From an uncultured candidate division Zixibacteria bacterium (GTDB lineage Bacteria > Zixibacteria > MSB-5A5 > GN15 > FEB-12): DNA of 64,000 bases. The DNA is taken from the NCBI GenBank assembly GCA_963806185.1, contig CAWDXE010000007.1, forward strand, positions 96,001-160,000. The letters run 5' to 3'. The position numbers were made by a program, and so were the translations under genes. The notes below the pieces were generated by a model. That model worked only from the letters and a program-made list of their open reading frames with translations, made no database searches and was not told the origin of the DNA. Shown here one piece after another: positions 10,623-21,580 of the stretch (position 1 is the first letter of the stretch; each line of letters starts with the position of its first letter).

Positions 10623-11591
10623 ATGCCCGATCTGAATGTTGGTGGACAAGCGGTAATCGAAGGGGTCATGATGCGCGCCAAGGATAAGGTGGCGACCGCC
10701 GTCCGAGTTGCATCGGGTGAAATCCTCATCAAGACGCAAGACTACAAATCACTGGCCGGTCGGCACAAGTGGTTGAAGATTCCGATTCTGCGCGGGGCGG
10801 TTGCCTTCGTGGAGATGCTGCTTCTGGGCATCAGTACGCTGAATTTCTCCGCCGACATCGCAATGAAGGAATTGGAGAAGGCGGAGGCCGCCCAGAAGGG
10901 GGAAGCATACGTTGAGAAGACGAAGTCGTCGTCCAACGTCAAGCTGGCTTTCACCGCCCTGTTTGCGCTGGCGATCGGGCTGGCTTTCTTTCTCTTCCTG
11001 CCGCTGGCTCTGGCGAATATTTTTGGGGTGAGCAAAGATGCGGTGGCGTTCAATTTGATTGCGGGCACGGTTCGGTTGGTGATGTTTGTCGCATATGTGT
11101 GGGTGATTTCGTTCTTCAAGGATATTCAGCGGATCTTTCAGTATCACGGCGCGGAGCACAAATCCATCTACGCGTACGAGATGGGCGACGAGTTGACGCC
11201 GGAGCGGGCGGCCGGTCACACCCGGTTTCACCCGAGGTGCGGGACGTCGTTCATTCTCATCGTGGCCTTGTTCGCCGTGCTGATTTACGCCATATCGGAC
11301 AGTATTTATCAGGTAGTTGCGGGTGTACCGCCTCATCTATTGCTGCGGTTTGGCATTCATCTGTGTTTGTTGCCGTTGGTGGCGGGCGGATCGTATGAGT
11401 TGCTCAAGCTTTCCGGCAAGACACGCGACAACGCGGTAACGAAGGTACTAATCAAGCCAGGGCTCTGGCTGCAGAAGATTACGACCAAAGAGCCGAGTCA
11501 CGACCAACTGGAAGTGGCGATTGCAGCGCTGGAAGCGGCGCTGGGTATCACCGAGTCGCGGATCACCTCCCGCAAGACTGCCGTCTACTAG
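10623..11591 (+). CDS. DUF1385 membrane protein
   Basis: GGQAVIEGVMM, YHGAEHK and HPRCGTSF, in the typical rpmE/prfA/prmC context. Confidence 0.92.
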   Translation: MPDLNVGGQAVIEGVMMRAKDKVATAVRVASGEILIKTQDYKSLAGRHKWLKIPILRGAVAFVEMLLLGISTLNFSADIAMKELEKAEAAQKGEAYVEKTKSSSNVKLAFTALFALAIGLAFFLFLPLALANIFGVSKDAVAFNLIAGTVRLVMFVAYVWVISFFKDIQRIFQYHGAEHKSIYAYEMGDELTPERAAGHTRFHPRCGTSFILIVALFAVLIYAISDSIYQVVAGVPPHLLLRFGIHLCLLPLVAGGSYELLKLSGKTRDNAVTKVLIKPGLWLQKITTKEPSHDQLEVAIAALEAALGITESRITSRKTAVY

Positions 11592-11656
11592 CGAGCGCCT
11601 CGCTTGCCCTAATTCCAACATCCCATTACATTGTTATTTCCCGGGTAGAAGTCCGT

Positions 11657-12745
11657 ATGATAGAAATTGTAGACAAACTTGAGCAACGCCTGGCCGCACT
11701 GGACCAGGAACTGGCCGATCCGGCGAATCAGGCCGATCGAAAGAGACTCATCGAGTTGAATCGCGAGCGCCGAGGTCTGGCTGAAGTGGTCGCGGTGGGC
11801 AGAGAGTACCGCAAGGTGCGGCAGGCGGTCGACGAGGCGCAGCAGATTATTCGTGACGGGGGCGATGAAGACCTGCTGACGATGGCAAGGGAGGAATTGG
11901 CGAAATATGAAGGCGAAGTCGAAGGGCTGGAGCAGAAATTCAAGCTGATCCTGTTGCCGCGCGATCCGAATGACGACAAGGCGGCGGTAGTGGAAATTCG
12001 CGCCGGGACCGGAGGGGATGAAGCAGGATTATTCGCCGCCGACATGTTTCGCATGTACCAGCGGTATACCGATCTCAAGGGGTGGAAGCTGGAAATCCTG
12101 TCCACCAGTGAATCGACGATGGGTGGATTCAAGGAAGTGATCTTTTCGGTGGCGGGTGACGACGTCTACGGCCATCTGAAGTACGAGTCGGGTGTTCACC
12201 GGGTGCAGCGGGTGCCGGCCACGGAGGCGCAGGGGAGAATTCACACGTCGGCCGTAACAGTCGCCGTCTTTCCCGAGGCCGAGGAAGTGGATATTGAAAT
12301 CAAGGAGAGTGAGCTGAAGATCGACGTCTACCGGTCATCGGGGCCGGGAGGGCAGTCGGTCAATACGACTGATTCGGCGGTGCGGGTGACCCACATTCCG
12401 ACCAATACGGTGGTCACATGTCAGGATGAAAAGTCGCAGCTCAAGAATAAGCAGAAAGCGCTTAAGGTCCTTCGCGCCCGATTGTACGACCGCAAGATGG
12501 CCGAACAGCAGGCGAAGATCGCCGCTGAGCGACGTTCGATGGTATCGACCGGGGATCGTTCGGCGAAGATACGGACGTACAATTTCCCGCAGTCACGAGT
12601 GACGGATCATCGCATAAATATCAGCTTGTACAAATTGCCGGAAATCATGGCAGGCGCGCTCGATGACCTGATCGAGCCGCTCCGCCGGCACGATCAGGAA
12701 GAACGGCTTAAACTTGAAGCGCAACAGGCGGCGTCGCACGTATGA
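11657..12745 (+). CDS. prfA: Peptide chain release factor 1
   Basis: GGQ motif (GPGGQSVN), PAT anticodon tripeptide and ESGVHRVQRVP. Confidence 0.97.
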   Translation: MIEIVDKLEQRLAALDQELADPANQADRKRLIELNRERRGLAEVVAVGREYRKVRQAVDEAQQIIRDGGDEDLLTMAREELAKYEGEVEGLEQKFKLILLPRDPNDDKAAVVEIRAGTGGDEAGLFAADMFRMYQRYTDLKGWKLEILSTSESTMGGFKEVIFSVAGDDVYGHLKYESGVHRVQRVPATEAQGRIHTSAVTVAVFPEAEEVDIEIKESELKIDVYRSSGPGGQSVNTTDSAVRVTHIPTNTVVTCQDEKSQLKNKQKALKVLRARLYDRKMAEQQAKIAAERRSMVSTGDRSAKIRTYNFPQSRVTDHRINISLYKLPEIMAGALDDLIEPLRRHDQEERLKLEAQQAASHV

Positions 12746-13737
12746 AGTGGAAATTCGTCGGATTGGCGATCGTGATCACGGTCATCATGTTGTTCATTGC
12801 CCGGACCAACTCCCGAGGGCGATCGGAACATGTGAAACGAACTATCGGCGATATCACCTTTGAGATGAATACCGTGCCGAAGATTGTTGAACATGAGAAG
12901 GATACGGTGCGAGTGACGGTCACGGGAATCGGCAAGAACGACAAAGTGCTCTTTCGAAACATCATGCGCGATCCGTCCGGCCACGACACGGTGGTAACGT
13001 CGCAGTTATTACAGTCGTGGGGAACTGACACGTATCGAGCCGAGGTGGTGGCGGGCAGCAAAGGGTTGCGACGCCTCTACGCCATAGATGTAGTTGACAG
13101 CGCCAATCAGCATCGGGCACGCTTTCTGGGAGAGAAGGGGGAGCCCTTCTATATCCGGTATATCGGGAGAGTGCCGGGATCGGTGTTAGCCTTGCACGTC
13201 ATATTCATTTTTGCGACGGTGTTCTTTGTGGCCATGGGGGCATTGTATGCCTGGCAGTTGTTCAAGGGAGCGGAGGTACTGAGGCAGATCGCCTTCCATT
13301 TCTTCTGGGCGGTTGTCTGCTGCTGGCTGGGCGGTTATCCGTTTGGCTTCGCCATGAATTACTATGCGTTTGGCGGATTGTGGGAGGGTGTGCCGTTCGG
13401 CACCGATGCCACCGACAACAAGACGCAGTTGATCCTGGTGTATCTGATCATGGTGGCGGTGGTGGCGGCCGGGCACTATGGGAAGGGGATGCTGGGGCGT
13501 GCGGTGTTCAGCCAACGGACGCTGGCGGTGATCGCTATAGGCGCCGTGCCGGTAATGGCGTTCATCTACCTGATACCACATTCGATACAGTTCTCAGCCG
13601 GGTTCACCTACGCGTTCTGTTATGCCTTTACCGGGATAGTGGTGGCCATCTACCTGATCGGTTTTCTCACCAGCAAGCCGGTGACGGTGGCGATATCGAC
13701 CGATCCGGGCAACGCGAAGCCGGCGCGTCGAAAATAG
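12742..13737 (+). CDS. Hypothetical membrane protein (soluble domain plus ~5 TM helices)
   Basis: ATGA overlap with prfA, hydrophobic helices and a WEGVPFGTDATDNK motif. Confidence 0.75.
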   Translation: MKWKFVGLAIVITVIMLFIARTNSRGRSEHVKRTIGDITFEMNTVPKIVEHEKDTVRVTVTGIGKNDKVLFRNIMRDPSGHDTVVTSQLLQSWGTDTYRAEVVAGSKGLRRLYAIDVVDSANQHRARFLGEKGEPFYIRYIGRVPGSVLALHVIFIFATVFFVAMGALYAWQLFKGAEVLRQIAFHFFWAVVCCWLGGYPFGFAMNYYAFGGLWEGVPFGTDATDNKTQLILVYLIMVAVVAAGHYGKGMLGRAVFSQRTLAVIAIGAVPVMAFIYLIPHSIQFSAGFTYAFCYAFTGIVVAIYLIGFLTSKPVTVAISTDPGNAKPARRK

Positions 13738-13741
13738 CAGC

Positions 13742-14614
13742 ATGACGGAAACTGTTGAGCATCTTCCGAAGCTGATCGCCGAAAGGGCCAAGGTACTGAC
13801 GGCGGCCGGCATTCAATCCGCGGCCGCCGAGATCGAATGGATGCTCTGTCACATCCTCGACGTCGACCGACTCAATCTCTATCTTCACGGTTCCCGTCTA
13901 TTGACTCCCGAAAAACTGGTGCGACTGGATGAGCTCATTCAGAAGCGTTTAACGCGCTGGCCGCTGCAGTTCATCCTGAATGAATCCTGGTTTTATGGGC
14001 GGAAGTTCTATGTCACACCGGATGTCATGGCGCCGACGCCGGAGACGGAGCTGCTCTGTGAGGCGGCATTGCGACTCATTGCGCAGCGGAAGCTGCAGGT
14101 CCCTCGAGTGCTGGATGTCGGAACGGGTTCGGGGGTGGTGGCAGTGACGATGGCCAATGAGGCGCCGACGGCCGAGGTGGTGGCACTGGATGTTTCGGAG
14201 GCGGCGCTGGCGGTGGCGCGACGAAATGCGAACGCTCTTGGTGCGGATGATCGCATTCGGTTTCGCCAGTCCGACCTGTTCGAGGCAGTCTCGCCGGACG
14301 AGCGGTTCGATCTCATTCTCTCCAACCCTCCCTACATCGCCGAACCGGATTATGCCGGTCTGGAGCCGGAAGTGAAGGCCGATCCAAAGATCGCCATGAC
14401 GGCCGGGGTGGAAGGGCTGGATATTATTAAGCGGTTGGTGGCCGAGGCGCCGGGGTATCTTGCGCCCGCGGGACGGATCATGTTTGAAATCGGGTATGGA
14501 CAGTCTGAGAAGATTGCGGCACTGACCAGTCAAGATGAGCGGTATTCGTCGCTGGATATATTGCAGGATTTGAACGGTATCGATCGAATAATCGTTTTGA
14601 CGTGCGGAGACTGA
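13742..14614 (+). CDS. prmC: Release factor glutamine methyltransferase
   Basis: LDVGTGSG, SNPPY and PTPETE. Confidence 0.95.
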   Translation: MTETVEHLPKLIAERAKVLTAAGIQSAAAEIEWMLCHILDVDRLNLYLHGSRLLTPEKLVRLDELIQKRLTRWPLQFILNESWFYGRKFYVTPDVMAPTPETELLCEAALRLIAQRKLQVPRVLDVGTGSGVVAVTMANEAPTAEVVALDVSEAALAVARRNANALGADDRIRFRQSDLFEAVSPDERFDLILSNPPYIAEPDYAGLEPEVKADPKIAMTAGVEGLDIIKRLVAEAPGYLAPAGRIMFEIGYGQSEKIAALTSQDERYSSLDILQDLNGIDRIIVLTCGD

Positions 14615-14616
14615 GA

Positions 14617-15267
14617 ATGGCTCGCGAGTCTCAAGCGGCCAAGATCGAACGCGGGAAAGAGGTCGTGAAGCGGCTCAAGCAGACCTACCCGGACGTCCGC
14701 TGCATGCTGATTTTTTCCTCCACACATGAATTGATGATCGCGGTGATGCTCTCGGCACAGAGCACTGACGAGCGGGTCAATATGGTCACGCCGGCATTGT
14801 TCAAGAAGTACCGGACGGTCGAGGCGTTTGCCAAGGCGAGGGCTGAGGATATAGAAGCGATCATTCATTCGGTGGGGTTGAGCGGGGGCAAAGCGAGCAA
14901 TATCAAGCAGTCGGCGATCGAATTGCTGGAGCGGTTTGGCGGGGAGGTTCCAAGGACGCTTGGTGAACTTGTGACGTTGCCGGGAGTGGGGCGGAAGACG
15001 GCCTCCGTGATACTTGGAGTTGGTTTTGGACTGGCCGAAGGGGTAGTAGTCGACACGCATGTGACGCGACTGTCCAACTTGCTCGGATTCACGAAGCAAA
15101 GTGATCCTTTGAGAATTGAGCGCGACCTGGTGAAGATCATTGGGCGTGATGATTGGATTGTATTTTCGCACCTGATGATTTTCCATGGGCGGGCGATCTG
15201 CAAGGCGCGCCGGCCTGAATGCGGGCAATGCGCTGTTCGGCGACTTTGCCCGTCGTCACTGGTGTAG
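14617..15267 (+). CDS. nth: Endonuclease III
   Basis: LSAQSTD, HhH LPGVGRKTA, VDTH and the CxxxxxxCxxCxxxxxC Fe-S motif. Confidence 0.95.
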   Translation: MARESQAAKIERGKEVVKRLKQTYPDVRCMLIFSSTHELMIAVMLSAQSTDERVNMVTPALFKKYRTVEAFAKARAEDIEAIIHSVGLSGGKASNIKQSAIELLERFGGEVPRTLGELVTLPGVGRKTASVILGVGFGLAEGVVVDTHVTRLSNLLGFTKQSDPLRIERDLVKIIGRDDWIVFSHLMIFHGRAICKARRPECGQCAVRRLCPSSLV

Positions 15268-15557
15268 TCGGAGGGTGTTGACAGGAAGGGGCTTTGAGTC
15301 GACAGGCCAGAGCACACTAGGCAAGGGATGAGCTGATTTAGAAGACCAAATATCCTAACTGCAGTGATGTCTTGATTTTACCGGGGATCCGGTGGTGGAG
15401 CGGGGTGAACGGGAACTTTGGATCTTGAGGGTGGTTTCACAGGGTAAATAATCTCTTGGCGAGCAAGGGATTAAGGCCTATATTTGGGGCTGGGGAAGAG
15501 GAAAACTGTTCAGAATCTGAACGGATTGACGATAAAATTAGTAGAGCAGGAGCTACC

Positions 15558-15875
15558 TTGTTTAACGAGTCGTTTTTGCTGATGGGGGGGCCACAGGGAG
15601 GTGGTTCGGGCAGCAGTGTATTTCTGCTGGTGTATTTGGGGCTGATTTTCGTGCTGATGTACATGCTGTTGATCAGGCCGCAGCGCAAGAAGGCGAAAGA
15701 GCACGAGAAGCTGATCAGTGAGTTGAAAAAAGGTGACAAAGTTGTGACCAACGGCGGGATGTTCGGCATAATCTTCGCGATTGACGACGACAGTGGTCGG
15801 GTCATTTTGAAGATTGGAGAGGATACCAAAATGGAATTCCTCAAGTCGGCCATAGCGGCGAAGGTCGAGAAATAG
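15558..15875 (+). CDS. yajC: Preprotein translocase subunit YajC
   Basis: TM helix, then IRPQRKK and LKKGDKVVTNGGMFG. Start uncertain (TTG 15558 after CAGGAG). Confidence 0.92.
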   Translation: MFNESFLLMGGPQGGGSGSSVFLLVYLGLIFVLMYMLLIRPQRKKAKEHEKLISELKKGDKVVTNGGMFGIIFAIDDDSGRVILKIGEDTKMEFLKSAIAAKVEK

Positions 15876-15895
15876 GAACAGTGTGAGGAGTTACC

Positions 15896-16402
15896 GTGGC
15901 TGAGCGTCGGATCGTCATATACGGCGACCCGGTTCTACGGGAAGTATCTCGACCGGTTGAGGAAGTCAACCAGGAGATCAAGGATCTCGTGTCCGATATG
16001 GTGGACACGGTCAAGCAAGCGCGAGGATTGGGACTGGCGGCAGTCCAGGTCGGTGTGGCGAAGCGGATTTTTATTGTCGATTTTTCCGCTATCGATATCA
16101 ACGGCTCTTTGATGGTCTTTATCAATCCGGAAATACTGGAAGCATCCGGCCAGGTGGAAATGGAAGAAGGGTGTTTGTCATTTCCGGAAATTTATCAGAA
16201 AATTACCCGCCCGGCGCGTGTACGGATTCGCGCCCTTGACGGCAATGGCCGGCCGTTCGAACTGACGGCTGAGGGTCTGCCGGGGCGAGCCATTTTGCAT
16301 GAGTTTGACCATCTCGAAGGCCGGTTAATCATCGATCATATCACCCCGATCGCTCGAACGTTGCTTCGCGGCCGACTCCGGAAACTAGCGGCAGCTTCAT
16401 AA
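15896..16402 (+). CDS. def: Peptide deformylase
   Basis: GLGLAAVQ, EGCLS and HEFDH. Confidence 0.97.
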   Translation: MAERRIVIYGDPVLREVSRPVEEVNQEIKDLVSDMVDTVKQARGLGLAAVQVGVAKRIFIVDFSAIDINGSLMVFINPEILEASGQVEMEEGCLSFPEIYQKITRPARVRIRALDGNGRPFELTAEGLPGRAILHEFDHLEGRLIIDHITPIARTLLRGRLRKLAAAS

Positions 16403-16465
16403 TCTGCTTCCGCGTTAGAGCCCACGCGCCGACAGGCGCCGGCACTCTCTCACGGCTGTCCCAAC

Positions 16466-17425
16466 ATGCGAATCGTCTTTATGGGTACGCCCGAGTTTGC
16501 TCGGGCGGTTCTGGCCCATCTATGTGAGAGTAAACACCAGGTGGTGGCGGTGGTGACCGGCCGGGACAAGCGGTCGCGCCGTGGAGGGGAAGTTCTGCCT
16601 ACAGCCGTACGCGTGGAGGCCGAGAAGCAGGGCTTGCCGGTTTTGACTCCTGCCAGGTTGACGGATGACGCCTTTTTTGAGCAACTCAAAAAGTTGGTGC
16701 CGGACCTGTTTGTCGTGGCAGCCTTCAAGATTCTTTCGCCACGTCTCTTTACCCTCCCGAAGTACGGTTCCATCAACATTCATGGTTCGCTGTTGCCCAA
16801 GTATCGCGGCGCCGCCCCGATTCACTGGGCGCTCGTCAACGGCGAAACCGAAACCGGGTTGTCGAGTTTCTTTCTGAAGGAGACGGTCGACACCGGAGCG
16901 ATCATTTTGCAGGAGAGAACGACCATCGAGCCGGACGCGACGTACGACACCCTGTACGCCAAACTGGCTGAAATGGCCGGTCCGTTCTGTGTGCGCACCA
17001 TCGACCTGATTGAAGCCGGCAAGGCGAAGGCGTTGCCACAGGACGAGAGTCAGGTGACCCGGGCGCCGAAGATCGGACCGTTTGACGCGATGGTCGATTT
17101 CGGCTTTCCGGCAGAACATGTTCGCAATTTTATTCGCGGGTTGGCGACCAAACCAGGAGCGTACACCTATTTTCGCGAGAAGAAGGTGAAACTCCATGCC
17201 GCCCGTGTAGTCCAGACCGAATGTACAGGGCAGCTCGTGCCGGGAACAGTGATTCCCGACCGTAAGCGTCTGCTGGTGCAGTGTAACAGCTCGGTCATCG
17301 AATTACTGAAGCTTGTGCCGGAAGGGAAGAAAGAGATGGACGGGGTGTCGTTCGTCAACGGCTTTAAGCCGCTTTCGGCCGAGCGATTTGGCCAGATGCC
17401 TTCAGGGGCTAAGGAGACTGCGTGA
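16466..17425 (+). CDS. fmt: Methionyl-tRNA formyltransferase
   Basis: MRIVFMGTPEFA and INIHGSLLPKYRGAAP. Confidence 0.97.
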   Translation: MRIVFMGTPEFARAVLAHLCESKHQVVAVVTGRDKRSRRGGEVLPTAVRVEAEKQGLPVLTPARLTDDAFFEQLKKLVPDLFVVAAFKILSPRLFTLPKYGSINIHGSLLPKYRGAAPIHWALVNGETETGLSSFFLKETVDTGAIILQERTTIEPDATYDTLYAKLAEMAGPFCVRTIDLIEAGKAKALPQDESQVTRAPKIGPFDAMVDFGFPAEHVRNFIRGLATKPGAYTYFREKKVKLHAARVVQTECTGQLVPGTVIPDRKRLLVQCNSSVIELLKLVPEGKKEMDGVSFVNGFKPLSAERFGQMPSGAKETA

Positions 17426-18958
17426 AGAAAGAGATTGTTGTAAACACCACGGCGTACGAGACACGAGTCGCGATTTTAGAGGACGGCCTTTTGGTGGAGT
17501 TGATGGTCGAGCGGGCCAACGCCGACCGGATGGTGGGGGATATCTACAAGGGCAAGATCAAGACGGTCCTCCCCGGGATGCAGGCCGCGTTTGTCGATAT
17601 CGGCATGGAAAAAGCGGCCTACCTGCATTCGTCGGATATCGGCAAGGTGTCCAAGGGGCGGTACGACTCGGACGACGAGGAGGAAGAAGCACCGGCGGAA
17701 ATCATCCGCAAGACGCGACGCGCCGGGATTGAGACGGTGCTGAAGAAGAACCAGGATATTCTGGTGCAGGTGATCAAGGAGCCGATTTCCACCAAGGGGC
17801 CGAGGATTGCGTCGGAAATCTCTCTGCCGGGCCGATTTCTGGTGATGGTGCCGGGGGACGATCATATCCGGGTGTCCAAGCGGATCAGCGACTGGGGCGA
17901 GAAGCGGCGGCTGCAGAAAGATACTCGATCCGCTTCGGCCGGAAGGGTTCGGGTTGATTATTCGCACCGAGGCCGAGGGAAAGGACGAGCGGGATTTTGC
18001 GGCTGATATCAAACGGCTGCAGAAGCTCTGGACCAAGCTGAAACGCAAAGCGGACACGTTGCCTGCGCCGGTGCTGATTCACAAGGAATCGGAGATGATA
18101 GTCGGGATGATCCGGGACATTTTCACGGAAGATGTAAATCAGATTGTGCTCGACGACCGGGAAGATTACAAGAAAATCATGGGGTTTGTACGGCAGATCG
18201 CGCCGCATCTCAAGGACCGGGTCAAATTGTATCGCGGCGGGAAGCCGGTGTTTGATAACTATGATCTCGAGCCCGAAATCGACAAGATGCTGTCGCGAAA
18301 GGTCTGGATCAAGAAGGGGGCCTACCTGGTGCTCGACCAGACCGAGGCGATGATGACGATTGACGTCAACACCGGCCGGTTTGTCGGGGGCAAGGACCAG
18401 GAACAGACGATTCTGCAGACCAATTTGCTGGCGGCGCGGGAAATTGCGCGGCAGATTCGGCTTCGGGATATCGGCGGACTAGTGGTTTGCGACTTCATCG
18501 ATATGTACAATCGGGACAATCGTCGTCGCCTGTACGAGGAATTCAAGAATTGTTTTCGGCACGACCGCGCCAAACGGGCGATCAACCCGGTGACCGAGTT
18601 CGGGCTGGTGGAGATGACGCGCGAGCGGGTGCGTCCGTCGCACATGCAGACGCTTTCCGAGCCCTGTCCGCACTGTGCGGGACTGGGGCGGGTGATGTCC
18701 AAGGATGTGCTGGCGACCAAGATTGAGCGGTGGTTTGACCGTGCCCGGGTGGATAAGCGCTTTACCAACTTCCATTTGGTGGTCAACCCGAATCTGGCGG
18801 CCCTTTTGGTGGAAAACGGCACGAATCGAATTGACCGGATCATGCGGGCGTACCGATTCCGCATTAACCTGATCCGTGACACCACTTTGCCGCATCAGGA
18901 GTTCAAGTTATACAGCGCCGAAGACAACAAGGATATCACGGAGATGTATACGGTGTAA
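17422..18958 (+). CDS. rng: Rne/Rng family ribonuclease, one frameshift near 17918
   Basis: S1 domain (GDIYKGKI, AAFVDIG) in ORF 17422..18006; TIDVNTG, LRDIGG and CPHC in ORF 17954..18958. Removing one A in CAGAAAG joins them (QKILDPLRPEGFGLIIRT). Confidence 0.9.
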
Positions 18959-19072
18959 GCTTCGGCTCGACAGACAAGTGAGAGCAGGCCGCGCGATTTG
19001 TCGACAAACCGCGCGGTTTTTTGTCGAAAGAGGTTGCCAGAGCATTCGAAACAGGCCTATATTTTTGATGCT

Positions 19073-19711
19073 ATGACTACACAGGGCGAACCCAATCTGG
19101 AAATCGAGATCAAACTTCAACTAGCATCCTTCATGGACTATCTGAAGTTAATCGGTTCGTTGTCGCCGCTCGACGGCGAGCGGCACCATGTCAACAGCTT
19201 CTACGACAGCGAGGATCGGTTGTTGTCCCGGGGGGGCTGGGCACTTCGCGTGCGGGCGGAATCTGATCGTGGGTTCGTGACGCTCAAGAGCATCGACGCA
19301 CCGTTGGGGACGGCCACCGTGCGTCGCGAGATCGAGGCGGAGATCGGGCCGGCGGCGGCGCACCGGATATTGCTTCTTCAGGAGGAGGTCCTGGACCTGG
19401 ATGTAGCGCCGGTGAAATTTATCCAGGAGCATTTTCCGAAGATTCGTCTCGCGAAGCTGATCCAGTTTGAGAACGTTCGTTCGTTGAAGAACTATCAAAT
19501 CGGCGATTATCAATACTTGTTCGAGATCGACAAGACATCGTTCAGTGACGGCTCGGTGGATTATGAGCTGGAGGTGGAGCTGGAGAGTCAGGATCGGGTG
19601 GTATTCGTCGAAAATGCGCTGCGACGGCTGTTTAGTACGCTGGCGATACCGTTCGAGAAGCAGATGGAGAGCAAGTTTGCGCGGGCGTTGAAGCGGGCGA
19701 GGATGGTGTAG
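19073..19711 (+). CDS. CYTH domain protein
   Basis: EIEIK, LRVR and ELEVE motifs. Confidence 0.9.
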   Translation: MTTQGEPNLEIEIKLQLASFMDYLKLIGSLSPLDGERHHVNSFYDSEDRLLSRGGWALRVRAESDRGFVTLKSIDAPLGTATVRREIEAEIGPAAAHRILLLQEEVLDLDVAPVKFIQEHFPKIRLAKLIQFENVRSLKNYQIGDYQYLFEIDKTSFSDGSVDYELEVELESQDRVVFVENALRRLFSTLAIPFEKQMESKFARALKRARMV

Positions 19712-19731
19712 GGGGGGGCGATAAGGACAAT

Positions 19732-19764
19732 GCCGCCGGGCGATGGTGCCGGGCGGCTTTTTTG
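19732..19764 (+). terminator. Rho-independent terminator
   Basis: GCCGCCGGGC...GCCGGGCGGC stem followed by TTTTTT. Confidence 0.7.
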
Positions 19765-19919
19765 TTTGGGGGAAAACCTATTCCATTTCACAGCTTTTCT
19801 AAGTATCCGAACTGGTTCATGATCTCGCAATCTGCAATCGGAAGATTGAGTTCTTCAGTTCGTGTATTATCTTACAAGTTAGTCAGCCGAGATAGAGTCG
19901 AAAAAGGAAGTGTCGTAAC

Positions 19920-20477
19920 ATGTCTGTATTCCCGATTTTGTCGGTCATTCCCATCTACAGGTGCACTGAAAGCGATCATCACGCAACTATGGAGAGGAAA
20001 AAGGCAGAACTTCTGGCAGAGTGTTCTGACGGAGCGACCCCACTCGCAGAAGCCATCACGGTCCGACTCAACTCGTACTTCGAAAGGGTCATTAACTATT
20101 CGTGGACTTTCAATGAGATTGTGGGATGGATCGAATTGTACCTTGACGACGAACGTGTTGTCGGCGATTTGTGGCTCGACGAGTCGAAGCGATTCTGTAG
20201 TGGCATCAGAAAGAAGAAGATATGCTACGTGGGCAAGTGCCTAGAAGTCTCCACAGGCATATGTCGTTCCTCCGTTGAGGTATTTGAATCCATGGTAGTA
20301 GAATTGAATCGCGTCGCTAGCAAACGTCGGTTGCGAAAGCGATACGTTGACCTGGAGATTTTCACGAACACGGGCCGGTTCTTGGATTGGAAGACGCTTG
20401 TGGAATCCAGGTTGAAAGATCAGTTTGTTGAGGTTGGTAATATTCGGTGCCCTAAGCGTTTAACCCATCCAGGATGA
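19920..20477 (+). CDS. Hypothetical protein (lower-GC islet)
   Basis: 185-aa ORF with no recognisable motif. Start may be ATG 19989. Confidence 0.5.
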   Translation: MSVFPILSVIPIYRCTESDHHATMERKKAELLAECSDGATPLAEAITVRLNSYFERVINYSWTFNEIVGWIELYLDDERVVGDLWLDESKRFCSGIRKKKICYVGKCLEVSTGICRSSVEVFESMVVELNRVASKRRLRKRYVDLEIFTNTGRFLDWKTLVESRLKDQFVEVGNIRCPKRLTHPG

Positions 20478-20527
20478 ACTTCAATTGATCGATAATCTGA
20501 AATCAGTTCGAAAGGTACCTTTCAGCA

Positions 20528-21580
20528 ATGTTCCTCGATGACGAACTGAAGGATCTCTTTGAAGCACCCAAAGAACTGCTTATTGAAAGGCCGTTTGCCA
20601 ATCGCAGACACGTAGTGATACTCGGTGCGGGTGCTAGCAAGCAGGCATTTCCAAATGGAGATGCTGCTGGCAATCGCATCCCGCTTCTCGACGAATTAGT
20701 AGAGACCATCTGTCTAGGCGGCGTCCTAGGACAGTCGCACATTGCGTGGAAGGGCCTAAATTTCGAGGCGGTCTATAGCAAGCTACACCAAGCCGATCCG
20801 AACTCAAGTGTTCTCAAAGCGATCGAAGGACGCATTCGTGAGTACTTTGGGGGCTTTTCTTTGCCAAACACAGCTTCACTATACGACTTTCTCGTAGTAT
20901 CGCTACAGCCTAAGGATTTAATTGCCACCTTCAACTGGGATCCGTTTCTTCTCGAAGCGTACGAAAGGAATGACGGCTTTGTCCCTTTGCCGCAGATCGT
21001 CCACTTGCATGGATGTGTTGCGTTGGGCTATTGTTCGGAACACCGAGTTTATGGTCGCGTTGGAAGGGCGTGCCCTACCTGCGGTTCTAGACTCGCGCCT
21101 ATGTCGCTGTTATACCCCGTTGAAAAGAAGAACTACGCGGCCGATCCACTAATTAAGGATCAGTGGAATATCTTACGGCGCGCCCTGTCAGAGGCCTATA
21201 CCGTAACGATTTTTGGCTACGGCGGGCCCAAGACAGATCGTGAGGCGCTGGAAATGCTCAAACGTGGGTGGAACACGGGGAACAAGCGAAGTTGGGAGAC
21301 TAGCGAAATCATCGACATTCGCAATGAATATGAATTACGTAACTTCTGGAACAAGTCCGTCAAGAATCATTCATTCATTTATACGGAAGACTATTTCTCT
21401 TCTAATATCGCGCGTCATCCACGCCGAAGTTGCGAGGCATTGTACATCCCGAAGATTTACGGTAGACTGGTTGAGGACTTCCCATTGCCAAGAGTCGAAT
21501 CTCTTCAAGACCTGCACGAAGCAGTACAAGCTCATGTTTCTGCTGAGCAGCGACTTGCGAGGACCAAGTCGTCGGTGTAG
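20528..21580 (+). CDS. SIR2-like (SIR2_2) domain protein
   Basis: VILGAGAS, TFNWD, HLHG, CxxH...CxxC and IFGYG. Confidence 0.8.
   Translation: MFLDDELKDLFEAPKELLIERPFANRRHVVILGAGASKQAFPNGDAAGNRIPLLDELVETICLGGVLGQSHIAWKGLNFEAVYSKLHQADPNSSVLKAIEGRIREYFGGFSLPNTASLYDFLVVSLQPKDLIATFNWDPFLLEAYERNDGFVPLPQIVHLHGCVALGYCSEHRVYGRVGRACPTCGSRLAPMSLLYPVEKKNYAADPLIKDQWNILRRALSEAYTVTIFGYGGPKTDREALEMLKRGWNTGNKRSWETSEIIDIRNEYELRNFWNKSVKNHSFIYTEDYFSSNIARHPRRSCEALYIPKIYGRLVEDFPLPRVESLQDLHEAVQAHVSAEQRLARTKSSV

Noticed and set aside
17910..17960. Programmed frameshift in rng
   Set aside because: An extra A in a short A-run of a housekeeping gene, typical of long-read indel error. Raw reads would settle it.
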